A stretch of 60,190 bases of DNA from IMG/VR virus record IMGVR_UViG_3300049448_000391; one strand, written 5' to 3'. The DNA comes from a virus. This document shows positions 59,784 through 60,190 of the stretch, in pieces. How positions within the stretch are numbered: the first letter of the stretch is position 1; every line of letters starts with the position of its first letter. Both the position numbers and the translations under genes were made by a program. The notes below the pieces were generated by a model that made no database searches, was not told where the DNA came from, and saw nothing but the letters and a program-made list of their open reading frames with translations.

Positions 59784-60190
59784 CCGAACCAGCTCGCGTG
59801 ATCGTTGCCGATCCTCCTTGGAGCTTCGGCGACAAGCTGCCCGGAAAGAAGCGGGGCGCTGCGAAGAACTATCGCGTGCTCCCGCTCCTCGAGATCGAGA
59901 CGTTCCTCGATGATCAGCCGGAGCTCAAGATCGCCGACGACGCACTGCTCTTCCTCTGGCGCGTCTCCGCGATGGTCGAGGAGGCGATCGGCGTCGCGCG
60001 CGCCTGGGGGTTCGAGCCGAAAGCCGAGCTCGTCTGGATCAAGACAGAGAAGAGCGGCATCCGGCATTTCGGGATGGGCCGATACGTCCGCAACTCCCAC
60101 GAGACATGCATCATCGCGAGACGCGGCTCCGCGAAGGTCCGTAACCGCTCAGTGAAATCCGTCTTCGAGGCGCCGATCCGCGCGCACTCG
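59780..60190 (+). CDS. N6-adenine DNA methyltransferase, MT-A70 family (5' part; continues across the junction to 257)
   Basis: ATG 59780 in ATGA overlap with previous stop; MTEPARVIVADPPWSFGD... carries the DPPW motif; no stop before window end; in frame with ORF 9..257 after subtracting 60,065. Confidence 0.8.
   Translation, partial: MTEPARVIVADPPWSFGDKLPGKKRGAAKNYRVLPLLEIETFLDDQPELKIADDALLFLWRVSAMVEEAIGVARAWGFEPKAELVWIKTEKSGIRHFGMGRYVRNSHETCIIARRGSAKVRNRSVKSVFEAPIRAHS
60066..60190. repeat. Terminal overlap identical to 1-125
   Basis: Same comparison as for 1-125. Confidence 0.95.

Overview
The window is a complete, circularly closed phage genome. A 125-bp end overlap gives a unit length of 60,065 bp. 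It looks like a temperate, very GC-rich tailed phage with a Mu-type contractile-tail gene order. Host type (myxobacterial or similar high-GC Gram-negative) is inference only. Most genes are chained by 4-nt ATGA/GTGA stop-start overlaps. Most long antisense ORFs in the track are GC artefacts.

Rightward arm (52881 -> 60190/1 -> 42510):
- cro-like regulator, GIY-YIG/T5orf172-like protein and three tiny membrane ORFs
- excisionase-like ORF and tyrosine integrase abutting a full-length tRNA-Leu(CAG) (attP region)
- zinc-knuckle protein, Gp37/Gp68-like protein, and an MT-A70 methyltransferase that spans the circular junction
- RusA-like resolvase, a putative replication protein with an internal iteron array, and an Ntn-hydrolase-like protein
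- terminase (7899-9618), portal and head genes (to about 17.7 kb), then sheath, tube and tape measure (18149-23154)
- a Mu-like baseplate (23151-31002), interrupted by a Pro/Leu tandem-repeat ORF and an antisense Cys-rich lipoprotein gene
- a large host-recognition module (31020-38509) ending in three tandem glycine-rich paralogues
- a non-canonical lysis cassette (38599-42510)

Leftward arm (52786 -> 42738):
- a repressor-position gene, an intrinsic terminator and a near-leaderless early promoter, followed by small ORFs
- HNH-AP2 endonuclease, YqaJ-like exonuclease, RecT and a coiled-coil protein
- a frame-disrupted C5 methyltransferase
- an array of small ORFs separated by a recurring junction element

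All functional calls rest on motifs recognised by eye. No database search was possible.
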